A DNA stretch of 38,713 bases from a virus: the UHGV virus genome UHGV-0213026; one strand, 5' to 3'. The notes beneath the pieces were generated by a model, which worked only from the letters and a program-made list of their open reading frames with translations, did not search any database and was not told the DNA's origin. Made by a program: the position numbers and the translations under genes. Shown here one piece after another: positions 18,401 to 26,922 of this stretch. Position 1 is the first letter of the stretch, and every line of letters starts with the position of its first letter.

Positions 18401-18647
18401 CATCCATTGCTTGCATGTCAGCTGCAGCTTTTATTGAAAAGCCTGCAACTGCAGTTCCTACTGCTAAAATACTCAAACTAGCTTTTTTCGCAAACTCAGT
18501 GGACTGTTCAGACAGTGAGTTGAAGGCTTTAGATTTGCCGATTTTATTATCCAATTGTTGTGCAGCTTCATTACCAAAATCTTGATACTGCTTTCGTGCT
18601 TTGTCGGTATTAAATTCGACATCAATGATTACGGAACCATCATTCAT
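15456..18647 (-). CDS. Tail tape measure protein (TMP), 1063 aa
   Basis: Long Ala/Gly/Leu/Ile-rich protein with internal tandem repeats (LPQIIVAGAALILALLEGITQQLP-like units, duplicated DFSVSL...FPESLWNGMT block). Canonical position. Confidence 0.9.
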   Translation of the reverse strand: MNDGSVIIDVEFNTDKARKQYQDFGNEAAQQLDNKIGKSKAFNSLSEQSTEFAKKASLSILAVGTAVAGFSIKAAADMQAMDAQFSQVFGNLEKNAQSSIDSISKETNILPNRLKPAFTSMAAFAKTTGMDTADALDLTSRATKAAADSAAFYDKSIGEVSESLQSYLKGNYENDAALGISSTETTRNAAANKLYGKSFNDLSEAQKQLTLLQMVEDGNKLSGALGQAAREGGGLENVIGNMKQAITDLGAAFGAPLLDPFLAIVQKISGAMAKLAEVFRENPALVYVVVGAVTTLAAAFGAAYLAANNFEKLKAIMSGVKAGFMALTSPVSLVVLAIGALVTAFIYFYNTSDTFREKVNGAVKTLQSFMAPVGDVIEGIRLLAQAFKAIVFNDFSVSLSDLHDQFVKLFPESLWNGMTSFAQSTKGIVQGISTLAKAFKAIALDDFSVSVTNLKADFLEVFPESLWNGMTKIALGIRSLINGFKSGEKSIDPFGIALKILQSVFLGLLGPIGLFIKAFELIAKALGGGDVSKGIDKIIDAFDSLASGLESNGPKVGSSAGKAIEGILAAIASALPGIISGGLQIVAAIVSGIAQGLPSLAMSASQLIMAFTAAMLILVPQIALSATAIIVALLAALTAGLPQIIVAGAALILALLEGITQQLPALIESAATLIVTWLTSLTSHLPEIITAGMSLLIAVIQGITQKLPDLIIAVGQMIVAFLTALSSQLPQIVIAGATLIVNFINGLATMMPSIVTAAINLVVQFLGGISANLGRVITAGVNIVVAVINGIANNIGRIINAGMNLVDQTVAGILNAQNRLFQAGITLVNGLADNIRGNQGAMSDAGANLLNALIGALPGGALINNGIALVDGLLSGLMSGFENVKRTVSGWADTIASLKGPIPYDKKVLIENGLALVSGLREGLLNGFSEVKSNVSTWANELQEGIESEFDSNYFNDLVKSIPNEIPAMNALMSGTLKPESASSLFRDAGLNRSNQIVNNNSQNSSNSGLAEIISKISNRPVQATFKIGEREIVKAIAKPLQNELNEMEELETLFKGGRLNER

Positions 18648-19335
18648 CCTTCACCTCACCTCTTTCTTCTTGTTTTTTCAACATGTATTCTCGTTTTTGC
18701 TTAAGGTCCATCATTTCAAATTCCAAGTTTGCTCGATCTTCTTTCAAAGCCACCGCTAATTTTGCTTTTCTTATTTCTTCAATTTCATCTGGTGTGGCTT
18801 TTTCTGGGTATTCCATCATGCGAATCTTGATGACATTTTTAAACTTGGTATTCTCAGACAAACCAGCTAATAAATGGTTGAACTTATCCCAATGCAGTGT
18901 TCCCTTGCTTCTTTCCACCATCAAATCCATCCCATAATCCATCAAAAAAGAGGAATAGATGTAGCCAGAATCCTGTTCGAATTCATACCACTTCTTTTCC
19001 TCGTCCTCTAAAATATTTCCTTTTAAGTCACGTTTGACTGTTGTGCTTTCAAATTGATCCCCGGCAATCCTTTTGATGATAGCGTTTGATAATGGAATTA
19101 AATCATCCTGTGGAATAATGTCTGCTAGTTCTTCGATCGTTTCGGGAAGTACTTCCGCCCAATCATGGGATAAAATTAGGATAATGGAATATAGTACTTT
19201 TCCTTCTTTAGATAATTCGGGATCTTTCCACATTTCGTACCATCGGAGAACACGAGAAAATTCTAGATTTAATTCATAAGTGTTTTCATTAATTACGACC
19301 GAATCATCAATACCCCAAGCAAGAGATAATGCCAT
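18640..19335 (-). CDS. Tail assembly protein (gpT/Gp15-like), 231 aa
   Basis: Between the chaperone and TMP. Own RBS AGGTGA; the upstream gene is in the same frame but separated by two stops, so no frameshift fusion. Confidence 0.5.
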   Translation of the reverse strand: MALSLAWGIDDSVVINENTYELNLEFSRVLRWYEMWKDPELSKEGKVLYSIILILSHDWAEVLPETIEELADIIPQDDLIPLSNAIIKRIAGDQFESTTVKRDLKGNILEDEEKKWYEFEQDSGYIYSSFLMDYGMDLMVERSKGTLHWDKFNHLLAGLSENTKFKNVIKIRMMEYPEKATPDEIEEIRKAKLAVALKEDRANLEFEMMDLKQKREYMLKKQEERGEVKDE

Positions 19336-19347
19336 AAAGCATCACCT

Positions 19348-19752
19348 CTATTTCTTTTTACCGTCGATATAGGATTGTGCTTTTTGTTTCGTTTGAAGCT
19401 TTTTGTACTGATCGGCAACTTCAAGGAATGCCCCGACAACTAAATCAATTTCATCATCTGCAGCATCCATCAGCTTATCGAAAGCCCCCTCACCTAACAC
19501 TAGGTCAATAACGTCTTTGGCAACGGATTCAACCTTATCATTAGCTCCAACGATTGCTTTGTAATCACCTGATTCAGAAGCTGTTTTAATAACCTTTTCT
19601 TGCTCTTGAATAACTTCAAGCATTTTGGGTAATTCTGACAAATACTGATCACGATATTTCTTACCTGTTTTTATACCGAAATCTAAACCCGCAATTCTTA
19701 CTGGTTGAACCTGCTTCTTAAAACCTACCTCGATTAAATTGTTTTTTGACAT
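19348..19752 (-). CDS. Tail assembly chaperone (gpG-like), 134 aa
   Basis: Directly downstream of the major tail protein; acidic chaperone-like composition. Confidence 0.55.
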   Translation of the reverse strand: MSKNNLIEVGFKKQVQPVRIAGLDFGIKTGKKYRDQYLSELPKMLEVIQEQEKVIKTASESGDYKAIVGANDKVESVAKDVIDLVLGEGAFDKLMDAADDEIDLVVGAFLEVADQYKKLQTKQKAQSYIDGKKK

Positions 19753-19802
19753 TTGTAATTCCTCCTAATTTTTTATGTAAAAGAAAAAGGCTAGTACAAT
19801 GA

Positions 19803-20309
19803 CTAGCCTTCTGGGGTTGTATCTGGTTTGGTATCTTCTGGAACACCATTGAAAGATACTTGCATTTCAAAGTTACCACGGTTGTTTGGTCCCCCGCCGG
19901 TATGAACGATACCTGACAAGGTAGCATTACCTTGAATTACACGACCATCTGGCTCAGTATGACGGAAGAAAACAATTCGATCTTGTCCAGCTTTGTTTAA
20001 GCGATCGCGTACAAATTCTTGCGCTGCATCAGTAGCATATTTTCGATGACCTGTAAAAGCATAAACACCAGTAACACGTGTGATATCGGTGTTTGATCCA
20101 CCCTTATCACCGTAATATTCATATGTTTCAGATGATTCATCTTGGGAAGGTGTTGCTTCCTGAATACCATCTGCTAGTTCGTGAACAGTCGTTGGAGGCA
20201 CAAGTTTTCCGTTTTCTCCGACCGTTGCAGCTACACCGATTTCATATTTGTTCATCCAGTTAGGTGAATAGCCTTCACCAGCTGCAAAATACTGTAAATT
20301 CATTTTCAT
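19803..20309 (-). CDS. Major tail protein, 168 aa
   Basis: Position between the head-tail joining genes and the chaperones. Size typical of TP901-1-like major tail proteins. Terminator-like hairpin follows. Confidence 0.7.
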   Translation of the reverse strand: MKMNLQYFAAGEGYSPNWMNKYEIGVAATVGENGKLVPPTTVHELADGIQEATPSQDESSETYEYYGDKGGSNTDITRVTGVYAFTGHRKYATDAAQEFVRDRLNKAGQDRIVFFRHTEPDGRVIQGNATLSGIVHTGGGPNNRGNFEMQVSFNGVPEDTKPDTTPEG

Positions 20310-20320
20310 GAAATTTCCTC

Positions 20321-20758
20321 CTATTTACTTATATTTAATCGAACAGTGAGTACATAAAGATATGCATCATGCTCTTGTATACCTAAATTTCTAGGTTGTG
20401 TGTAAACTTCGCTCGAATCAAACAAAAATGAGCCATCACTCGAGCAAAGTGTGACCCATTCACCATTTTCTTTTCTTGGCAACTTATCAAAGCTGTCAGC
20501 AATCTTCCAAGCATCGTTAAAAGCTTGTGATTGATTTGTGTTTTTGATAATGATTTGAACCATGAACGGAATTTGCCTGTTTCTAGCCAAGTCCTGCTGT
20601 CCTTGTCCGGATGCGATCCCTTGTATAGATAAATCTCGTTCATTGTCCTGAGGAGGTTTGTCTTCTTGAATGATTTGCTTCCCAGTGCTTGTTACTCTTG
20701 GTGTTTCAAGTTCTAATAAGCGTAAGTGATCAGCAATTCGTGCAAATAAATCCATCAC
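20321..20758 (-). CDS. Tail completion / head-tail joining protein
   Basis: Fourth of four small connector-module genes with overlapping stops and starts. Confidence 0.5.
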   Translation of the reverse strand: MMDLFARIADHLRLLELETPRVTSTGKQIIQEDKPPQDNERDLSIQGIASGQGQQDLARNRQIPFMVQIIIKNTNQSQAFNDAWKIADSFDKLPRKENGEWVTLCSSDGSFLFDSSEVYTQPRNLGIQEHDAYLYVLTVRLNISK

Positions 20759-21084
20759 AGAGCCTCCTTAATTGCTTTTTCTGCCACATCCAGTACTTCA
20801 TCCATATCTTGAGCTTTCGCAACCTCAGCCCACCGTATAGATGCTTGAGGATTGTGGTTTTTAGATGGAGTTCCCCTATAATATGCGTACCCAGCATACT
20901 CTGTACCCCATACCAGTTTTCCTTTTGGGAAATCACTATCAACCCAAACACTAGCTTCGGTTGCACCAGTGTCTTTCTTAACATACTGATTAGCCGCTTT
21001 AGCAAATGCGATTGATGTCGGATTCAGAGCGGATTCGATAGCTCTCTCAATACGATCGAAATTACCTTCAAATCTCCCGCTCAT
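20755..21084 (-). CDS. Head-tail joining protein (HK97 gp10-like position)
   Basis: Synteny; 4-nt overlap with the neighbouring genes. Confidence 0.5.
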   Translation of the reverse strand: MSGRFEGNFDRIERAIESALNPTSIAFAKAANQYVKKDTGATEASVWVDSDFPKGKLVWGTEYAGYAYYRGTPSKNHNPQASIRWAEVAKAQDMDEVLDVAEKAIKEAL

Positions 21085-21425
21085 TGCAACATCACCTCAA
21101 TATGATGTGGATTTAATTGGTCAGTGAACACCTCGTAGCATTCAACGATTTTTAGTTTGCGGTTTTGAAATGTAATTGTTCCGTCCTCGCTAGGATTTAC
21201 AAAAGGTTTTGAATTAACAGCATCGACGTACAAAATGCCGTTAGTCAAAACTTCTGTATTATCCGTTTTTACAATTCTTTTTCGCTTAGGAGTAAACCTT
21301 ACATGTTCAATCTTTTGTGGTTTAGGCAGTTCACCACTTCCCATTGAGCCATCATCATCAGGCTTTGGGGCATGATAAATAACCTCATGGATCAACAAGT
21401 GTTTAGGTATTGGCTTAAATGACAC
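21081..21425 (-). CDS. Head closure / head-tail adaptor protein
   Basis: Synteny within the connector module. Confidence 0.5.
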   Translation of the reverse strand: MSFKPIPKHLLIHEVIYHAPKPDDDGSMGSGELPKPQKIEHVRFTPKRKRIVKTDNTEVLTNGILYVDAVNSKPFVNPSEDGTITFQNRKLKIVECYEVFTDQLNPHHIEVMLQ

Positions 21426-21831
21426 CGATCCTCACACTCCTTTTTCTCAAAAGACCGGTTCCTTCTAAATATGAAAGACAACTCGGAGCGACCCGATTGG
21501 CTTGCTTGCTAGTTGACGTTGTTGCGCCAGAATAGCTAAACCCACCAATAGAAGCGCTTTGACCGCTCAAAGTATTACCTGTAACATCAAGATCTATACC
21601 TTCGACTTGATAGTATTCTATTTGAGCACAACATGCTTTTTTAATCAGTAGCTGTACATGTTCAGAAAACTTATCCAAACCGATTTTAGGCACTTGATAA
21701 TCTGTCAAAGAGTCAATAATGTCCGAAGCCCTTTTGGATAGACGAGAAAAGACCTTATCATCAACAGGAATTCCCTCGTAATCATCCTTATAAAAGACTT
21801 CATCAACATAAGGTTCAGACATGATCCTCAC
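21415..21831 (-). CDS. Head-tail connector protein (gp6-like DNA packaging/connector)
   Basis: First gene after the capsid module; size and position. Confidence 0.5.
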   Translation of the reverse strand: MRIMSEPYVDEVFYKDDYEGIPVDDKVFSRLSKRASDIIDSLTDYQVPKIGLDKFSEHVQLLIKKACCAQIEYYQVEGIDLDVTGNTLSGQSASIGGFSYSGATTSTSKQANRVAPSCLSYLEGTGLLRKRSVRIGVI

Positions 21832-22047
21832 CTACTTTTCTTTTTTGTCTTCCCTCTGATCGTCTTTGCCGGCTTTCTTGTCATCTTTCTTTTCTTCAAC
21901 ACGTTCTAAGAAAGAATCATCTAGATTTACAGCAACTTCTTCAGCACGTTTAACGGTCATATCAATGACCGTCCCTGCTTCATAAACTTCTTTAGTTTCT
22001 TTATCACGGAATTTTTTTAAAACGTTGTATTTTGCCATGTTTTTCAC
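21832..22047 (-). CDS. Small Lys/Glu-rich hypothetical head-module protein, 71 aa
   Basis: Between the major capsid and connector genes. Confidence 0.4.
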   Translation of the reverse strand: MKNMAKYNVLKKFRDKETKEVYEAGTVIDMTVKRAEEVAVNLDDSFLERVEEKKDDKKAGKDDQREDKKEK

Positions 22048-22058
22048 CGTTCCCTTTC

Positions 22059-22997
22059 TTATCCTTCTGGAGTAGCGTCAATACCGAAGTAAGCTAGTGC
22101 TTTAGGTTCACGAATGATGAAGTCAATATCATCAAGCATGAAGTGATATGTTGCCTGTTTTGCAACGGCACGGCTGTCTTGAGCAGCGGTTGTCAAAGTA
22201 ACAGTCAAACCAGAAACAACAGCAAGGTTTTCATAAGGAGTGAACAGAATTACATTGTTTTCCATAGACTCAACAACTTCGACACCAAATCCACCAATAT
22301 TTCGGAGGGCACCATCCACAAGTACTGCATCACCCAAAGCAGTATTGCGGTTTTGTAATTCAACAACGTAATTCGTAGCTGTCGCTTGAGACATAAAGAA
22401 CTTAAATGTTCCTTGACGCAAATATTTTGGTTTAATTCTAGCAGTTGCAGCTGTTAGCTCTTGAATCGTTGGCAATTTAGCACCTTCTACTTTTACTTCC
22501 GCAGATGCTTTAGCCATTTTGATGTAACCATCATTTAATTTCACGAATGCATCAGATGAAGATTCATCCCCATTAAATGCTAGATCTTGCAAATCCGCTG
22601 CATACTGAGCTTGCATTAGTGAAAGTAACGCTTGACGGACATCTTGCCCACGAGTACGAGCGGTATAAAATGTATTGCTGTTCTCGATCCATGTATCCAA
22701 GTAAACCGGAACAAGAGAGAATGGTACTGTGTCTTCTTCTTTGATATCCGTACCAGTATCTTCAGTGTTAATACCTAGATGTTTTTTCAATGTACGCTTT
22801 TTAACACCTAATTTATCCAAAGATCCTGTCCCTGATTTGGCAAAATGGACAAATAATTTCCCGATAGTTCCTGCAGTTGCAACTGCATCTAAGAAGAATG
22901 CTCGAGCATTGTCTTCACGTAAGGTAACATTGTTACCAGCTTTCAAGATTGCATTCATTTGTTTGATCAATGTTTCGTTCGATAAAACGTTTGTCAT
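22059..22997 (-). CDS. Major capsid protein, 312 aa
   Basis: Position after the protease/scaffold gene; size and composition typical. Confidence 0.75.
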   Translation of the reverse strand: MTNVLSNETLIKQMNAILKAGNNVTLREDNARAFFLDAVATAGTIGKLFVHFAKSGTGSLDKLGVKKRTLKKHLGINTEDTGTDIKEEDTVPFSLVPVYLDTWIENSNTFYTARTRGQDVRQALLSLMQAQYAADLQDLAFNGDESSSDAFVKLNDGYIKMAKASAEVKVEGAKLPTIQELTAATARIKPKYLRQGTFKFFMSQATATNYVVELQNRNTALGDAVLVDGALRNIGGFGVEVVESMENNVILFTPYENLAVVSGLTVTLTTAAQDSRAVAKQATYHFMLDDIDFIIREPKALAYFGIDATPEG

Positions 22998-23011
22998 TTG
23001 TGTTTCCCCCT

Positions 23012-24061
23012 TTATTCAGAAATTGGGAAAGCAGCGTCCACATAAGATGGTACAACCGATTTCTCAACTGTTTCTGTGTAATTTTGTTCAGTATTGTTGC
23101 TGATCCGAGATTTTTCGAGATTCTCGATCTTCGCATTCAAAGGTGCCACGGCTTCTGATACAGCCTTAGCAATAGCAGCAGCATCTAATTCAGCGCTAGC
23201 TTCTGAATTCGCTGTTTCTGTTTCTTCGCCTGATTTATCGCCTTTTTCTAATGCTGTTAAACGATCATTTACTGGTTTCAGCGCTTCACCGAGCGCTTTT
23301 TTTAACTGTTCTTCTGTCATTTCCTCATCCTCCTCGGATTTATTTGTACTAAAAAAGGACTTAACCGTTTCGATTAGTCCTTGTTTGGTAACTGATTTAG
23401 CTGTATTTATTGTGCCGATAAGTGTGGATAATTCGCCGATTTCCGACTGAATGCTGGCGACTTTATCCGCATCGCTGTCTGTGTAGTTGTCCAATATTGA
23501 CCAAGTGGCTGATCTGAAAGCATCGATCGCCGCATTAACATCCCGGTAGGTTTTACCTCTTTCAAAGTTATCGGCAGTCTGCTTCTGAACTTCTTCAACC
23601 TGAGCTGTACCGGCCAATGAATATCCTGTAAAATCACCTTTCTGGATTGACTCCCACATTTCATCAGTAGCTTTAGTGACAAGTACCCACGTTCCTTTTG
23701 TGATTGTGGTTTCGCCGATAGTCATATCAACAGGGGCAACGTAACTCTCTACTACTTTTCCAGCATTCGTGGTGAAATCGTGCTGTTTGTCAATCTGTTG
23801 ATAATCCGCCATGAATCCATGTGCAGCCTTCTCGATTGTGTCAGCATCCATGAAATCTCCATGAACATCTTCAACATCAGGCTCATAAACAACACCATAT
23901 ACAAGTTTTTGTGGATCATCTGATTTAGTAACCAATTTAACTTCGGTTTCAAAATTTGGTTTTAGGTCTTCGGCAGACTTAGTAAGAAAGAATGATTTCT
24001 TATTGGCTGCCTTATCCACATATGAAACATGTGTTACAAGAACGTTTTCTAGTTTTCGCAT
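23012..24061 (-). CDS. Prohead protease/scaffold fusion (XkdF-like N-terminal domain plus coiled-coil scaffolding C-terminus)
   Basis: N-terminus VTHVSYVDKAANKKSF resembles XkdF-family phage proteases. C-terminal half is Ala/Glu-rich coiled coil. RBS AAAGGTGG before ATG at 24061; the track start at 24079 lacks an RBS. Confidence 0.6.
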   Translation of the reverse strand: MRKLENVLVTHVSYVDKAANKKSFFLTKSAEDLKPNFETEVKLVTKSDDPQKLVYGVVYEPDVEDVHGDFMDADTIEKAAHGFMADYQQIDKQHDFTTNAGKVVESYVAPVDMTIGETTITKGTWVLVTKATDEMWESIQKGDFTGYSLAGTAQVEEVQKQTADNFERGKTYRDVNAAIDAFRSATWSILDNYTDSDADKVASIQSEIGELSTLIGTINTAKSVTKQGLIETVKSFFSTNKSEEDEEMTEEQLKKALGEALKPVNDRLTALEKGDKSGEETETANSEASAELDAAAIAKAVSEAVAPLNAKIENLEKSRISNNTEQNYTETVEKSVVPSYVDAAFPISE

Positions 24062-24150
24062 TTTCTCACCACCTTTCAAATTGATAGTTCTTTTAAAATT
24101 AATGAGTTGCGTGTAAAATACAGATATACTTGAAGAAAGGAGGACAAATC

Positions 24151-24558
24151 ATGGAATTACAACAATTCAAAAAGGTCATTTCTAATCTTTATTTTTCTGG
24201 TTTCAAAAATGCGTATAAGGCACATGAAACAATTTTTTCAATCGATTTTGATGAAACAGAAACCAGAAAGCAAGAATTGATCTCTTGTTCATTGGCATTT
24301 TTGACTCAAGCTTACACTAATTTTCAAAACATTCGGATTCTAACTTTATTAGAAGATGAAGATCGTGATGAATTCGAACATTGTTACAATGAGTTTATTA
24401 CTTTTAATGATGAAATGATGAATAATGTAAAAACCAACCATAGTCATCAATGGACCGATATTGAATTCCGCGAATTTGCGAAGGCCTTCAAAGATGTTAG
24501 AGATCTTCTCAATATAGAACATGCGGATCATTGGCTAGAAAAAGTTGAAGGACTATAA
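24151..24558 (+). CDS. Hypothetical acidic cytoplasmic protein, 135 aa, encoded on the opposite strand inside the head module (accessory gene)
   Basis: Only plus-strand gene among minus-strand morphogenesis genes. Strong RBS AAGGAGG lies 7 nt before ATG at 24151; the track start at 24130 is an extension. Convergent with the minor head protein gene. Confidence 0.55.
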   Translation: MELQQFKKVISNLYFSGFKNAYKAHETIFSIDFDETETRKQELISCSLAFLTQAYTNFQNIRILTLLEDEDRDEFEHCYNEFITFNDEMMNNVKTNHSHQWTDIEFREFAKAFKDVRDLLNIEHADHWLEKVEGL

Positions 24559-24567
24559 TTTTTCTGC

Positions 24568-25386
24568 CTATTTAGTAATCTTCGGAACAACAAAACAGTG
24601 ACAATGAATCGACTCTTTAGCAGATAGCATCGGATCACGAGGATAGCGGCAACTTTCGCTATTAACGATGAAGTACTCGCCTTTAGCGATTGTTTGGCCG
24701 TCCATTGCCTCGTGACCTTTTCTCGGTTCTTTTATGCCATGAGTATGATGCCAAGTCATACCAATAACAGCATCGTTTTGCATGAACGCTTCATACTGGC
24801 TGCCAGAGTACATCCTTAATCCTTCAGTGATTGCAGTTGTCCTAGCACGATTGCGAGAAAATTCAGGGAGTGAAGACAGTTTACTTTCCAGCCATCGGAC
24901 TCCTTTGCCTTCATCAAAAGATTCTTGAATCACTCCTACAAGAGCGTTCTCTGTAGTGACATTCATTAACTTTGGCAGTTTCCTAAGCCATTTTTCGATG
25001 TCTCGGTAGTGTTTCGTCTGATAATCAAAATCCTCAGATCCGTCATACTTGGCATTAAACTCATCAAACAAGCCAAAAAAAGCTTTTCTCAGTTCTGGGA
25101 TAACACTTTCTTCCATATTCGATTTGAATGATCGTCCACGGAGCATAATTTTTATAGATAACTTGGTAGGTTTCTTTTTTCGATTCTCTACGAATTTTTT
25201 TACCTTTTCCCATACTTCTTCGTAATCTACTTGCAAGGTGTCATCCATCTTATCCTCTGAATCTAAGATGAACGTAAGTAATATTGGGACAAATAAAAAG
25301 CCTGCTTTTTCTAGAAGCTTAGCCAGTTCATCATCCTCTTCTTTTTTTAGCTGTAAAGCGGCTTTGATTAACTCTTCATCACTCAT
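24568..25386 (-). CDS. Minor head protein (SPP1 gp7 / Mu F-like head morphogenesis protein)
   Basis: Immediately downstream of the portal. C-terminal conserved block MTWHHTHGIKEPRKGHEAMDGQ ... SIHCHC. Confidence 0.75.
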   Translation of the reverse strand: MSDEELIKAALQLKKEEDDELAKLLEKAGFLFVPILLTFILDSEDKMDDTLQVDYEEVWEKVKKFVENRKKKPTKLSIKIMLRGRSFKSNMEESVIPELRKAFFGLFDEFNAKYDGSEDFDYQTKHYRDIEKWLRKLPKLMNVTTENALVGVIQESFDEGKGVRWLESKLSSLPEFSRNRARTTAITEGLRMYSGSQYEAFMQNDAVIGMTWHHTHGIKEPRKGHEAMDGQTIAKGEYFIVNSESCRYPRDPMLSAKESIHCHCFVVPKITK

Positions 25387-26911
25387 TAGCCTTCACACTC
25401 CGGATCATACGCCGAATACTTGCTGCGACTTCACTTACTTCTCCCTCACCATATGCCTTAGCAACGTCCAATTCACCAAGATTAAACGCTGGTGATGATG
25501 ATTGGCTATTAAGCGGATAATTGTACTCTTCACCATCAAAAGCTTCTAGCGGCTTGTTGAGGGCTTTTGAAAGGATATCCCTCAAATCATTAGGAGCGAC
25601 TGCTTTTGCTTGGATAGCTGGTGTGAGAATCGCTTTCACATCCTCCATGTTTACAAGATTGGATGATTTCAAGAATACTTCTACATATTTGAAATCATAT
25701 TCTCTAAACAGTGAATTAATACGCCAATCATAAGATTCTCGCATAGGTTGAAATACTTGCTCTTCTGTGAGTTCTTTGGCGGTCTCAGCTGTTGCCCTTG
25801 TATAATCATTTGATCTAGCCACATAAATAGGAGGCAATCGAAATGCTCCAAGGACTGATTCAATGACGTTCTCATCATACTCAAGAAATAGAGCATCTTT
25901 TTGTAAGATGTCAGCTAGCTTCTCAATGTTAATGGCTGGCTTGAATTTATCTTCCCCATATCCTAACCCTTCTTCTGCAGGACTTACTTTTTCAGCTTCT
26001 AGCAATAAAAACTTATGCTGATTTTCTTCCCCGCCAATTGCATTAGCATATGCCTGTAACGTGGCTTCGGATTGTTCAGTCAGCTGCGCATTTTCTAGCG
26101 TGATGGCAAGAGGAATATGTCTTCCCTGAGTAAAATATCGATAGTTCAATTCGTCGGCTTTACGATTTCCAAGTATTTTAATCAATGGACCTACCCAGCG
26201 AGGCTTGCCATAAGGATCTTGAAAATCACCATTTTTGAGGTGAATGATTTCAGTAGCTGTTCCTTGCCCCTCAGAACCCACGCTTCCATTTGAATTCAAC
26301 GGAGTAGGGTCACCATAGGTTTTATACCACGTTCCAGATTCTTTAACAGAATCATCCATAGAATCACGAAAAACAAAATAGCGGACCTTAATCTCTGATC
26401 CGTCCGCATTTATAACTCTATTTAGTTTGGTAACAGTCATGTACTCAGGCTTTACAGAATCAATTCCTACAACATCACCTTTAAGATTACGAATAACCTC
26501 AATATAGCCATTCCCGCATTCTTCAACATGTCGAATGACTTCCTCAATCACTTCTTTCGGCGGTCGTTCAAAGGATAATTCTTTGAGAAGGGTATCCAAT
26601 TGATTCCATTCTGCCTTCATTTCTGCTGTTTCTTCGGTATCGTCAACCTTGTAACGTATACCAAAACCAAATCCAGCTACGTTCGTTACATAAGCTTCAA
26701 TTGATTGATTCAGAATGTCAGATATATCGGTGATGGATCGTAAAGTAGCAATATCATATGGTGGAGATAATTGGGTCAAATCTCTTCTTTGATCAAAACC
26801 ACCTGCAGACTTAAACTTTAGAGTTCTTTTCTTCTCAATGCTCACGTTCTTTTTGATAAATTCTTTAGGAACAGATCCTGACGATCCGCCACTAATAATT
26901 TTCGATGTCAA
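25379..26911 (-). CDS. Portal protein (SPP1 gp6-like), 510 aa
   Basis: Size and position directly after the large terminase. Confidence 0.8.
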   Translation of the reverse strand: MTSKIISGGSSGSVPKEFIKKNVSIEKKRTLKFKSAGGFDQRRDLTQLSPPYDIATLRSITDISDILNQSIEAYVTNVAGFGFGIRYKVDDTEETAEMKAEWNQLDTLLKELSFERPPKEVIEEVIRHVEECGNGYIEVIRNLKGDVVGIDSVKPEYMTVTKLNRVINADGSEIKVRYFVFRDSMDDSVKESGTWYKTYGDPTPLNSNGSVGSEGQGTATEIIHLKNGDFQDPYGKPRWVGPLIKILGNRKADELNYRYFTQGRHIPLAITLENAQLTEQSEATLQAYANAIGGEENQHKFLLLEAEKVSPAEEGLGYGEDKFKPAINIEKLADILQKDALFLEYDENVIESVLGAFRLPPIYVARSNDYTRATAETAKELTEEQVFQPMRESYDWRINSLFREYDFKYVEVFLKSSNLVNMEDVKAILTPAIQAKAVAPNDLRDILSKALNKPLEAFDGEEYNYPLNSQSSSPAFNLGELDVAKAYGEGEVSEVAASIRRMIRSVKANE

Positions 26912-26922
26912 GAAACCACCTC

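Noticed and set aside
15456-18647. Tandem DNA repeats that might look like a CRISPR or minisatellite array
   Set aside because: They are in-frame coding repeats of the tape measure protein (repeated LPQIIVAG-type units and a duplicated about 130-bp block). There are no spacer-repeat regularity and no leader.
18640-19752. Programmed -1 frameshift fusing the two tail assembly chaperone genes (G/GT-type)
   Set aside because: The downstream ORF is in the same frame as the upstream one, separated by two in-frame stops (TAG, TGA), and has its own AGGTGA RBS. No slippery heptamer is present upstream. I treat them as two separate genes.
22143-23450. Plus-strand ORFs inside the capsid and scaffold genes (22143-22358, 22729-23103, 23094-23450)
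   Set aside because: They are antisense to the capsid and protease/scaffold genes, have biased low-complexity composition, and lack RBSs.
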